Shown: one piece after another, positions 19,586 to 27,981 of the stretch
Layout of the letters: each line of letters opens with the position of its first letter
Numbering within the stretch: position 1 is the first letter of the stretch
DNA from: an uncultured Pseudomonadota bacterium
GTDB taxonomy: Bacteria > Myxococcota_A > UBA796 > SXON01
DNA: 64,000 nucleotides
Reading direction: 5' to 3'
NCBI GenBank assembly: GCA_903885375.1
Contig: CAISIK010000064.1
Location: 456 to 64,455, forward strand
Translations under genes and position numbers: made by a program
The notes under the pieces: model-generated
The model's database searches: none
What the model saw: the letters and a program-made list of their open reading frames with translations, nothing else
Told to the model about the DNA's origin: nothing

Positions 19586-20434
19586 ATGCTGCTCTTCCTC
19601 ACGCTGGCCTGCGGCGAGCCCGCCGATACCGGTCCCGATGCCGACTCCGGCGGGGCCACCGACACCGACACCGCGGGCGGGGACTCCGGCGGGGGCGACT
19701 CCGCCGACACCGACGACACGGGCGGGGTCGAGCCGGTGCGAACCCTGCGCCTCGGCATCCCCAGCTACGCCAACGCCGGCACGGCCGAGTGGACCGGTTT
19801 TGTGGAGGGCGCCGCGGCCACCGACGGTTTTGTGATCGTGAACCCCGACTCCGGCCCCGGAAGCACGATCGACGAGGCCTGGCTCACCTCCGTGGAGGAG
19901 GCCCGCGCCCTCGGCGTGACCGTGCTCGGCTACGTGCCCACCGGCTACGGCGCCCGCGAGGCCGATGCCATCGACGGCGACGTGAACCAGTACACCACCT
20001 GGTACGGCGTGGACGGCATCTTCTTCGACGAGGTGGGCGAGGACTGCGAGGGGCTCGCCGGCTGGTACGCCGAACGGGCCGCGGCAGCCGACGCGCTCGT
20101 GTCGAGCGGGGATGCGCTCGTGGTGATGAACCCCGGGCTCGTGACCTGCGCGGCCTACCTCGATGCGGCCGATGTGCTGGTGGTCGCCGAGGATCGGCTG
20201 GCGCTGATCAGCGACTTCGAGCCGGCGGACTGGATGGCCAGCTACGGCCCCGAACGTTTCATGTTCCTCGCGTACGACGCTCCCGGCGCCGACCTCGGCC
20301 AGACCCTGAAGTTCGTGCACGACGCCGGCATCGGGTGGACCTACATCACCGACGACCGCCCGCGGAACCCGTGGGATGAGCTCCCCACCTACTGGGAGGC
20401 GGAAGTATCGGCGGTCGTGGAGTTCGTGGAGTAG
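19586..20434 (+). CDS. spherulation-specific family 4-like lipoprotein
   Basis: ATG 19586 lies 3 nt after the valS stop. Lipobox LTLAC and a DTG/DSG acidic tether. VIVNPDSGPG ... GYVPTGYGAR ... WYGVDGIFFDE resembles the Spherulin-4 family, from memory. Confidence 0.7.
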   Translation: MLLFLTLACGEPADTGPDADSGGATDTDTAGGDSGGGDSADTDDTGGVEPVRTLRLGIPSYANAGTAEWTGFVEGAAATDGFVIVNPDSGPGSTIDEAWLTSVEEARALGVTVLGYVPTGYGAREADAIDGDVNQYTTWYGVDGIFFDEVGEDCEGLAGWYAERAAAADALVSSGDALVVMNPGLVTCAAYLDAADVLVVAEDRLALISDFEPADWMASYGPERFMFLAYDAPGADLGQTLKFVHDAGIGWTYITDDRPRNPWDELPTYWEAEVSAVVEFVE

Positions 20435-20443
20435 GCGGCCCGC

Positions 20444-21772
20444 TCAGATGGTGCGCACGCGGCCGGCGAGGTTCGGCGCACGTCTGCGGGCCTCGGCCGT
20501 GGCGTTGCGGGCATCGACGATGCGCGGCGCATGGCGAAGGACGAAGTCCCAGTCGAACTCGGCGTGGTCGGTGAGGACCACGACGACATCGGCCTCCTGC
20601 AGCGAGGTGGCGGTGAGGGGCTCGCTGCGCAGGGCACTGGTTTCGAGGGTGAGCGCCGGCACGTAGGGGTCGTGGTAGGACACGCTCGCCTTGCGGGCCA
20701 GGAGGCGATCGATGACGTCGAGCGCGGGGGATTCGCGCATGTCGGCGATGCCGGCCTTGTAGGCCACGCCGAGGGCGAGCACGCGGCTGCCGTTGAGCGG
20801 GAGGCGCGCGTCGTTGAGCACCTCGTTCACCACCTCGACCACGTGCTCGGGCATCCGGCCGTTGATGGCGTCGGCAAGCTCCACGAAGCGCGCGGTGAAG
20901 TTGTGCGCCCGCAGCTTCCACGCGAGGTAGTGCGGGTCGACCGGGATGCAGTGGCCGCCGAGTCCGGGGCCGGGCTTGAAGGCCATGAAGCCGAAGGGCT
21001 TGGTGCTCGCCGCCTCGATGACCTCCCACACGTTCACCCCGAGCTGTCCGCAGATGAGGGCGAACTCGTTCACGAGGCCGATGTTGACCATGCGGAAGGT
21101 GTTCTCGAGGAGCTTCACCATCTCGGCCGTGGCCGGCGAGCTCACGGGGTGGAGGCTGTCGCAGGCGCGGGCGTAGAGCGCCGTGGCGGCCGCGGTGCAC
21201 GCGGGCGTGACGCCGCCGATGACCTTGGGGGTGTTGCGGATGCCGTAGCGCGGGTTGCCGGGATCGACGCGTTCGGGCGAGAAGGCCACGGCCACCTCGA
21301 TGCCGGGGCGCAGCCCGCGCTCCTCGAGCATGGGCACGAGGAGCTCCTCGGTGGTGCCCGGGTAGGTGGTGCTCTCCAGCACGATCAGCTGGCCCTCGCT
21401 GGCGTTCTCGCTCACCGCCCGGCCGGCGGCCACGATGAAGGAGATGTCGGGGTCCTTGGTCTTGCGGAGCGGGGTCGGCACGCAGATGACGACGGCATCG
21501 GCGCGGCGGAGCACGGTGGCATCGGTGGTCGCGGTGAAACCCTGGGAGAGGGCGGTGGCGAGGGCGCTCGCGGACACGTCGCCCACGTGGGAGGCACCGC
21601 CGTTGAGGGCGGCGCAGAGCGCCGGGCTCACGTCCAGCCCGAGGACCTCGGCGCCGGAGGAGGCGAACTCCACACAGAGGGGCAGGCCCACGTAGCCCAG
21701 ACCGACCACCGCGATGGTGGGCCGCGAGCCCGCGAGGCGGGCGTTGAGGTCGGCAAGTTCGCGAGAGGGCAA
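20444..21772 (-). CDS. nucleotide-sugar dehydrogenase (UDP-glucose/GDP-mannose dehydrogenase family)
   Basis: 442-aa ORF with Rossmann motif IAVVGLGYVGLPL and the catalytic Cys context GLGGHCIPVDP. Confidence 0.9.
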   Translation of the reverse strand: MPSRELADLNARLAGSRPTIAVVGLGYVGLPLCVEFASSGAEVLGLDVSPALCAALNGGASHVGDVSASALATALSQGFTATTDATVLRRADAVVICVPTPLRKTKDPDISFIVAAGRAVSENASEGQLIVLESTTYPGTTEELLVPMLEERGLRPGIEVAVAFSPERVDPGNPRYGIRNTPKVIGGVTPACTAAATALYARACDSLHPVSSPATAEMVKLLENTFRMVNIGLVNEFALICGQLGVNVWEVIEAASTKPFGFMAFKPGPGLGGHCIPVDPHYLAWKLRAHNFTARFVELADAINGRMPEHVVEVVNEVLNDARLPLNGSRVLALGVAYKAGIADMRESPALDVIDRLLARKASVSYHDPYVPALTLETSALRSEPLTATSLQEADVVVVLTDHAEFDWDFVLRHAPRIVDARNATAEARRRAPNLAGRVRTI

Positions 21773-21804
21773 GGCAGCTCCGGCGGTCGGGAGCTAACCC
21801 GGCG

Positions 21805-22797
21805 GTGTCGCGATACGTCCGCGGCGTGATGGCCTGGTTGCGGCGGAACCTGGGCGCGGTGCTCCGGTTCTGCGCCACGATCGTGGCCCTCGGCTGGGCC
21901 GGCGAGCACCTGCGCGCCGCCTGGGGCAGCACGCCCATGCCGGGCCTCGTGGCCGGGCCGGCCCAGTGGGCGCTTGCGCTGGGGGCGGGGGCGGCGGCGC
22001 TCCTGCTGCTCTCCTCGGTGTCGGCGGCCGGCGTGGTGGCGCTCGGCCTCGTCCCGCGCGCGGGGGCGCTGGCGTTCGGCCTCGCGTGGACGCGACTGTG
22101 GTTCGTGTCGTACCTCTACCGGTACATCCCGGGAAAGCTCGTGCTCATCGCGGAGCGCGTGCGAATGGGGCGGGCCTTCGGCATTGGCGCCACGCCGAGC
22201 GTGCTGCTCGTGGTCTGGGAGAGCGGCCTGCTGCTCGCGGGCGCCGCCGTCTTCGCCGCGCTCGGGTACGCCGGCGTGCCGCTCCCGGCCGATGCGCCGC
22301 TCACGCAGGGGCAGGCGGTGCTCGCCGCAGTCGTGTGTCTCGTGGGGCTGCTGCTGTTCCCCCAGGAGCTCCGTTGGGCTGCGCGGCGCTTCCCCTCGCT
22401 GGCGGCGCGCCTCCCCGGCCTCGTCCTGGAGGTGCCGGTGGGCGCGCAGCTCGCGCTCGTGGGGGCCAACGCGGTGTGCTGGGGACTCCTCGGCCTCTGC
22501 TTCGCCCTGACGGCCCGGCTCTTCGACAACCCCGCGCCGGTGAGCGCCCTCCCCCTCGCGGTGTGGTTCGTGGTGTCCTACGTGGTGGGGCAGGTGTCGA
22601 GCGTGACGCCCGCGGGCCTCGGGGTGCGCGAGGCCGTGCTGGTGGCGGCGCTGGCGGATGTCGCTGCGCCGCCCGTGGTGCTCGCGTGGGCGGTGGCGAA
22701 CCGGCTCCTGCTGGCCGCCGTGGAGCTCGTGCTGCTGCTCCTGTCGCTCACGATTCGGCTCCCGGAGCGGGTCGCGGCGCCGGAAGCCACCGGTTAG
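21805..22797 (+). CDS. UPF0104 / lysylphosphatidylglycerol-synthase-TM-like flippase-type membrane protein
   Basis: 330-aa polytopic ORF with the family-typical TPAGLGVREAVLV motif. GTG start. Confidence 0.7.
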   Translation: MSRYVRGVMAWLRRNLGAVLRFCATIVALGWAGEHLRAAWGSTPMPGLVAGPAQWALALGAGAAALLLLSSVSAAGVVALGLVPRAGALAFGLAWTRLWFVSYLYRYIPGKLVLIAERVRMGRAFGIGATPSVLLVVWESGLLLAGAAVFAALGYAGVPLPADAPLTQGQAVLAAVVCLVGLLLFPQELRWAARRFPSLAARLPGLVLEVPVGAQLALVGANAVCWGLLGLCFALTARLFDNPAPVSALPLAVWFVVSYVVGQVSSVTPAGLGVREAVLVAALADVAAPPVVLAWAVANRLLLAAVELVLLLLSLTIRLPERVAAPEATG

Positions 22798-22815
22798 CCC
22801 ACCGCAGTTCTCCCG

Positions 22816-23832
22816 GTGGCGCCCATGCCTTCCCCGCGCCCCTTGCGTCTACTCGTGATGATGCCGGCGCTCAACGAAGCGGCCACCATCGGGTCCGTGC
22901 TCGCGCGGGTTCCCCGCTCGCTCTCGGGCGTGGCGGAGGTGTCGCTCCTCGTGATCGACGACGGCAGCACCGACGAGACCGTACAGATCGCGCGCGCGGC
23001 CGGCGCCGACGTGATCAGCCACGGCCACAACCTCGGGGTGGGGGTGGCCTTGCAAACGGGGCTCGCCGAGGCGCTCCGGCGGGGGGTGGACCTCGCCGTG
23101 AACATCGACAGCGACGGGCAGTTCGCCCCCGAGGACATCGCGAAGCTCATCGTACCGGTGGTTGAGGGGAGGGCCGACTTCGTGTCGGCGTCGCGTTTCC
23201 TCGACCCCGCGCTCGTGCCCGACATGCCGGGGGTGAAGAAGCTCGGCAACTGGGGCATGGCCCGCATCATCAGCGCGCTGGTGGGGCGCCGCTTCGCCGA
23301 CGTGAGCTGCGGTTTCCGCTGCTACGGCCGCGAGGCGATGCTCCGGCTGGTGCTCCTCGGCAAGTTCACCTACACGCAGGAGAGCTTCCTCGTGCTCTCC
23401 CAGAAGGGCCTTCGCCTCGTGGAGATGCCCATCCCCGTGCGCGGGGTCCGCGAGTTCGGGCAGAGCCGCGTGGCGAGCAACCTCTGGAACTACGCCTGGC
23501 GCACGCTGGCCATCATCTTCGGCTTCATCCGCGACTACTCGCCCGGCCTGCTCTTCAACAACCTCACGCTCCTGCTCGCCGTCCTCTCCGCGGGCTTCGG
23601 TTCGTTCTTCTTCTGGCACCGCTGGTCCACCGGCGCGTTCTCGCCCCACATCTGGGCCGGGTTCGTGAGCGCCTACCTGTTCGGGCTGGCCATCCTCGTT
23701 TTCGGGCTCGGCCAGATCGCGCTGATGGTGGCGCGTTTGCGGAGCGTCCAGGAGCAGCAGCTGTACCTCGCGCGGCGTTACCTCCCGCGGCTCGGGGAGC
23801 CCGAGCCCCCCGGAAACCCCGATGCGAATTGA
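22816..23832 (+). CDS. family 2 glycosyltransferase with C-terminal membrane anchor
   Basis: MPALNEAATI ... VIDDGSTDET ... NIDSDGQ motifs (GT-A, DxD), plus C-terminal TM helices like polyprenyl-phosphate glycosyltransferases. Confidence 0.9.
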   Translation: MAPMPSPRPLRLLVMMPALNEAATIGSVLARVPRSLSGVAEVSLLVIDDGSTDETVQIARAAGADVISHGHNLGVGVALQTGLAEALRRGVDLAVNIDSDGQFAPEDIAKLIVPVVEGRADFVSASRFLDPALVPDMPGVKKLGNWGMARIISALVGRRFADVSCGFRCYGREAMLRLVLLGKFTYTQESFLVLSQKGLRLVEMPIPVRGVREFGQSRVASNLWNYAWRTLAIIFGFIRDYSPGLLFNNLTLLLAVLSAGFGSFFFWHRWSTGAFSPHIWAGFVSAYLFGLAILVFGLGQIALMVARLRSVQEQQLYLARRYLPRLGEPEPPGNPDAN

Positions 23833-24487
23833 CCCGGACACGCTCCGCGACATGGCCGCCCGCCTGGGCGAGGCGGACCGCGACGAGATGGCCATTCCCA
23901 GCTACCTCCACCCCAACCCCGCGCTGCGGTGGATGGCCTGGCGGCGGGTGGAGGTAGTGGCCCGGCTCCTGCGCGAGACCTGCCCCGAAGGGGGGTGCGT
24001 GCTCGACTTCGGGTGCGGCACCGGGGTCCTGTTCGAGGCCGCGCTCGAACGCGCGGGGTCGGTGATCGGCGTCGACCTCGTGCTCGGTGCCGCCCGGCAC
24101 TGGAAGGACAAGCAGAACCTCGCCCGGGTGTCGTTGATGACGCCGGCGGAGGCGATGGCCGCCGTGCCCGACGCGAGCGTGGATGTGGTGGTGGCGGCCG
24201 AGGTGCTGGAGCACATCGAAGACCCGGCGGAGGTGCTGGCGTTCTTCCTCAGGGTGCTGCGCCCCGGTGGCGTGCTGCTCGTGAGCCTCCCGACCGAGGG
24301 CCGGCTCTACCGCCTCGGGCGCCGGCTCGCGGGCTTCAGCGGGCACTACCACGACCACAACGCTGCCGTGGTGGCCGCGCGCATCGAGGCCGCCGGCTTC
24401 GAGCTCCGCACGGCCGGGCACATCCCGCTGCCGCCGCCCGCGGCCATCTACTTCGTTGCCACCTACCGCCCCGGCGCCCGGCCATGA
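23822..24487 (+). CDS. class I SAM-dependent methyltransferase
   Basis: 221-aa ORF with motif I VLDFGCGTG and VVVAAEVLEHI. Overlaps both of its neighbours. Confidence 0.85.
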   Translation: MRIDPDTLRDMAARLGEADRDEMAIPSYLHPNPALRWMAWRRVEVVARLLRETCPEGGCVLDFGCGTGVLFEAALERAGSVIGVDLVLGAARHWKDKQNLARVSLMTPAEAMAAVPDASVDVVVAAEVLEHIEDPAEVLAFFLRVLRPGGVLLVSLPTEGRLYRLGRRLAGFSGHYHDHNAAVVAARIEAAGFELRTAGHIPLPPPAAIYFVATYRPGARP

Positions 24488-27069
24488 CCGTCCCCAACCG
24501 CGCGTCGCCGGCCCCGCCCTTCGGCGCCGGCGGCCTCTTCCTGCTGCTCGTCGCCACCCTCGGCGCCCGGGGCTGGGCGGCGTGGTTCCTCCGCTGGCGC
24601 AACCTCGACGATGGGCGGGTGCTGGAGCTCGCCCGCAACGTCCGGGACGGTCAGGGGCTCGTGAGCTCGGTCAGCGGCGCCGCAAACCCCGCGATCGTGT
24701 TGTCGGCTCCGTCCGACGTGCCTCCGCTGTGGCCCTGGGTTCTGGGCATGCTCGGGCGCACGCACGACTTCCAGGAGCTCGCCCAGTGGCTCCCGCTGGG
24801 ACTGTACGGGCTCGCCATCGTGGCCGCATGGATCGGGGGCCGCGCGATGCGCCCGGGGGCGATCGTGCCGTCGTTGAGCCCCCGCGTGCACGGCGGCCAC
24901 GTGGCGGCCGTGCTGGTGGCCTTCGAGCCTTCCTTTCTCGCGGGAGCCGCGCAGGCGGGGACGGTGGGGTTCGCCTTCTTCGTGCTCACCCTCTACCTCG
25001 CGCGACTCGCCGTTCGGCGTGGGCGAGCCGGGCTCCTCCATGGCTTCGAGGAGGGCGTGTGGCTGGTGTTGCTGGCGCTGGCGGCGCCGCCGTTCGCGAT
25101 CCTCGCGCTTGGCGTGGTGTTGTGGCGCGTGCTGGGATTGGTGAGGGGGCCGGGGCGCGTGAGCCGGGGGCTGACGTCTGGGGCGCTTCTGGCTGGCGCG
25201 GCTGCCACCTGGATGGGATGGACCGCGGCGGTTGGCACGCCCTCGGTCGAATGGGCGTTCGACGCTGAGCGGGCCGCGGCCGTACCGGACGCGGCGGGGA
25301 TGGTGATGGCGCTCGGCCTCGGTGCGGGCACGTGGATGGTGCTGGGCGCGCTCGGCCGGAAGGGGCTCCTCGCCGTGGGGGCGGCCGTCGCCGTCGGCGT
25401 GCAGGTGGCGCGCGGTGGGGGCGTGATGGTGGAGTCGGCCCTCGTGGCACGCGACCTGGCGGCGCAACCGGATCGTCACGTGGGCCTCGTGGCGTGGCTC
25501 AAGCAGCACACCGAGGGCAAGGGCACCACCGCTGTCCTGATGGACGAGGAGACCGCGATCCGGATCGGCTGGCGCCTCAAACAGCACGCGCTGCAGGGCA
25601 TCGATCGGGACATGGACTTCGCGAGGGTCCAGATGCTCGCCACCGCCCGGAAGGCGGCGTACATCATCCACGCCGGGCCGCCCGAGGACTGGCGCTTCCG
25701 TCGCACGAGCGCCGGCCGCCTGGAGCAGGCCTTCACGCTGCGCACGGACTCGCCCGATGGGTACACGATCCTCGAGGCGCGGCCCGCCCCCGTGGCGCAG
25801 ACGCCCCCCGCCGGGAAGGTGCTGCTCATCGGCGTGGACGGAGGCTCCTGGAAGGTGATGGGCCCGCTCGTGGCGGCGGGCGAGCTGCCCACCTTCGCGC
25901 GCCTCTACCGGGAGGGTGCGTCCATGGTGGAGTTCGACACGATGGAGTCCCAGGACTCCCCCGTGGTGTGGACCAGCGTGGCCACCGGCCGACGGCCGAA
26001 GGACCACGGGGTGAAGGACTACACGGAGGAGGTGGCGGGCGTGGGCAAGGTGCCCATCACCAGCAACAGCCGCAAGGTGCCGGCCATCTGGAACGTGGCC
26101 ACGGCGGCGGGCCGCACCGTGGAGGTGGTCAACTGGTGGGCGAGCTGGCCCGCGGAGCCCGTAAACGGCGTCATCCTGAGCGATCACGCCAATCCGGCGG
26201 CGGCCGGCTGGATGGCCGGCAAGTACTTCGACGCCGACACCGAGGCGCTGAAGGCCCGCCTGCAGGACACCTTCCCCGGCGAGCTCGCCGCCACGCTGGC
26301 CCCCTATTGGATCGCCCCCGAGGCCTTCCCCTTGGCGGACTTCACGGCGCGCTCTGGCCTCACGCCGGCCCAGGTGGAGCAGCTGGTGGCGGCCCCGTAC
26401 AACGAGCGCACCGCCTACTCCTGGCTGAAGACCTTCTACACGCTGGACGAGCCGCACAAGCGCATCGCGGTCGACCACCTGCGCTCGGCCCCGGCCGACC
26501 TCACGATGGTCTACCTCCGCGGGCCCGACCCGGTGCAGCACTACGCATGGAACCTCGTGGAGCCCTGGCTCTACGCCACCCCGCCGGCCACGCTCGAGCG
26601 CGACCGGGGCCTCGTCGAGGCCACCTACCGGTACACCGACAGCTTCGTGGGCGAGCTCATCGAGGCTGCCGGGCCCGACACCACCGTGATCGTGATGAGC
26701 GACCACGGCGCCGAGCCCTGCTCCTACGCCGTGGGCAAGAACTCGAAGAAGCGGCCGGGTTGCCATCGGAGCACCGCCAAGGGCATCCTGTTCATGACGG
26801 GGCCCGGGGTGAAGGCGGGCGGGCGGATCACCCATGCCAGCCCCATGGACATCGCGCCCACGCTCGCCTGGCTTGCCGGCCTCCCGGTCTCCCGGGAGAT
26901 GCCGGGCCGGGTGCTCAGCGAGGCCTTCAGCTGGGAGGCGGCGGCCGCCATGGAGTTCGTGCAGGTGGACGACTGGGGCGACCGCGTGAAGGCCGCCGAG
27001 CCAACCACCGCCTCGCCGGCGGATGGCCAGATGCTGGAGCAGCTGCGGGGGCTCGGCTACATCGAGTAG
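24484..27069 (+). CDS. fusion of a polytopic membrane domain and an alkaline-phosphatase-superfamily phosphodiesterase domain
   Basis: Starts at ATG 24484 (ATGA overlap). About 11 hydrophobic segments come first. The AP-superfamily part has LLIGVDGGSWKV, WTSVATGRRPKDHGV and VMSDHGAEP, like type I phosphodiesterases. Confidence 0.8.
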   Translation: MTVPNRASPAPPFGAGGLFLLLVATLGARGWAAWFLRWRNLDDGRVLELARNVRDGQGLVSSVSGAANPAIVLSAPSDVPPLWPWVLGMLGRTHDFQELAQWLPLGLYGLAIVAAWIGGRAMRPGAIVPSLSPRVHGGHVAAVLVAFEPSFLAGAAQAGTVGFAFFVLTLYLARLAVRRGRAGLLHGFEEGVWLVLLALAAPPFAILALGVVLWRVLGLVRGPGRVSRGLTSGALLAGAAATWMGWTAAVGTPSVEWAFDAERAAAVPDAAGMVMALGLGAGTWMVLGALGRKGLLAVGAAVAVGVQVARGGGVMVESALVARDLAAQPDRHVGLVAWLKQHTEGKGTTAVLMDEETAIRIGWRLKQHALQGIDRDMDFARVQMLATARKAAYIIHAGPPEDWRFRRTSAGRLEQAFTLRTDSPDGYTILEARPAPVAQTPPAGKVLLIGVDGGSWKVMGPLVAAGELPTFARLYREGASMVEFDTMESQDSPVVWTSVATGRRPKDHGVKDYTEEVAGVGKVPITSNSRKVPAIWNVATAAGRTVEVVNWWASWPAEPVNGVILSDHANPAAAGWMAGKYFDADTEALKARLQDTFPGELAATLAPYWIAPEAFPLADFTARSGLTPAQVEQLVAAPYNERTAYSWLKTFYTLDEPHKRIAVDHLRSAPADLTMVYLRGPDPVQHYAWNLVEPWLYATPPATLERDRGLVEATYRYTDSFVGELIEAAGPDTTVIVMSDHGAEPCSYAVGKNSKKRPGCHRSTAKGILFMTGPGVKAGGRITHASPMDIAPTLAWLAGLPVSREMPGRVLSEAFSWEAAAAMEFVQVDDWGDRVKAAEPTTASPADGQMLEQLRGLGYIE

Positions 27070-27175
27070 GGGCATCGGTGCGGCGAGAGCCTCGCGCGCA
27101 CCCGGTCGCCCGCACGTCGAGGCGGCGCGCCGCGAACCACCTCAGGTTGTTGCCGTGAATATGTTCGGCGTGGGG

Positions 27176-27206
27176 TTGACAAAACTTTGGGGGGGGGGCG
27201 TATCCT
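27176..27206 (+). promoter_or_regulatory. candidate sigma-70-type promoter with a G10 tract in the spacer
   Basis: TTGACA (27176-27181), a 19-nt spacer containing G10, then TATCCT (27201-27206). GAGGA (27220-27224) precedes ATG 27229. Confidence 0.4.
27189..27198 (+). repeat. homopolymeric G10 tract
   Basis: Ten consecutive G. This is the longest homopolymer I found by eye in the window. Confidence 0.9.
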
Positions 27207-27228
27207 TGCCGTTCACCCTGAGGATTTC

Positions 27229-27981
27229 ATGTCTTGTTCCACGACCTTCGGCCCCACACAGAAAACCCTTGTCGCGACCTCCACCACGCTTCAGTACGAG
27301 TGGATGGGAGGGTGGGAGCTCGCGATCGGCGTCACCGCGCTCAAGGCGGTGATCAAGCGTCGCACTGCAACCGCCTTCCAGGCTCAGTTCGCGATCCAGA
27401 CCGCACCGGTGCGCACCGACAAGCCGAACGCGCCCGTGCCGCTGGGCACGCTCACCTCGGGCGAAGGCGAAACCTGCTCCACCGTGATTGACCTCACCAG
27501 CTACACGTCGGGCAACTTCTGGATTCGGGTGGGTGTGGCCTACTCGGCAACTTCGGCGACTGTTGGGAGCTGCGATGTCACGTTCACCGGCGGCCTCTCG
27601 CGTTGCGGTCGGTCGCTGGGGGTGCAGGTGTTCACGCTGTCCACCCTGAGCACGACCAACGCCTACCAGCCGATCACGGGCTGGCAGCCGGCGCTCGACC
27701 TCGAGGTGATCAAGGCGGCGATCGTGACCACGGGGATCATCGGCAACTTCCGGTTCCGGCTGGCTTACCGTCGTGCCACCACCAGCCAGGAGGTGCCCGG
27801 CGCGTGGTCGACTGACCTCACCTCCGAGTGGAGCCAGAACGGCGAAGCGGCGCTGAGTGACACGCCCTTGCCTAGCGTCGGCGCCGAGATGTGGGTGCAG
27901 ATCGGCATTCAGTACTACCTCTCCACCGGCAGCGCGCTCGGTCAGGCCACCGTGAGCGTAGCGCTCGCGGGCAAGCGGTGA
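27229..27981 (+). CDS. hypothetical tandem-duplicated beta-rich protein (island 1, gene 1)
   Basis: 250 aa from ATG 27229, no signal peptide. Two homologous halves (see findings). Codon usage is less GC-biased than the backbone. Confidence 0.65.
   Translation: MSCSTTFGPTQKTLVATSTTLQYEWMGGWELAIGVTALKAVIKRRTATAFQAQFAIQTAPVRTDKPNAPVPLGTLTSGEGETCSTVIDLTSYTSGNFWIRVGVAYSATSATVGSCDVTFTGGLSRCGRSLGVQVFTLSTLSTTNAYQPITGWQPALDLEVIKAAIVTTGIIGNFRFRLAYRRATTSQEVPGAWSTDLTSEWSQNGEAALSDTPLPSVGAEMWVQIGIQYYLSTGSALGQATVSVALAGKR

Noticed and set aside
24463-27075. 870-aa minus-strand ORF
   Set aside because: Antisense to the membrane/phosphodiesterase fusion gene. Low-complexity Arg/Gly/His composition.
27229-27981. 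Reading the duplicated beta-rich protein as a double-jelly-roll capsid protein of a prophage
   Set aside because: There is no packaging ATPase, penton, integrase, replication or lysis gene nearby. The neighbours are a repeat protein and a lipoprotein. The similarity is architectural only.
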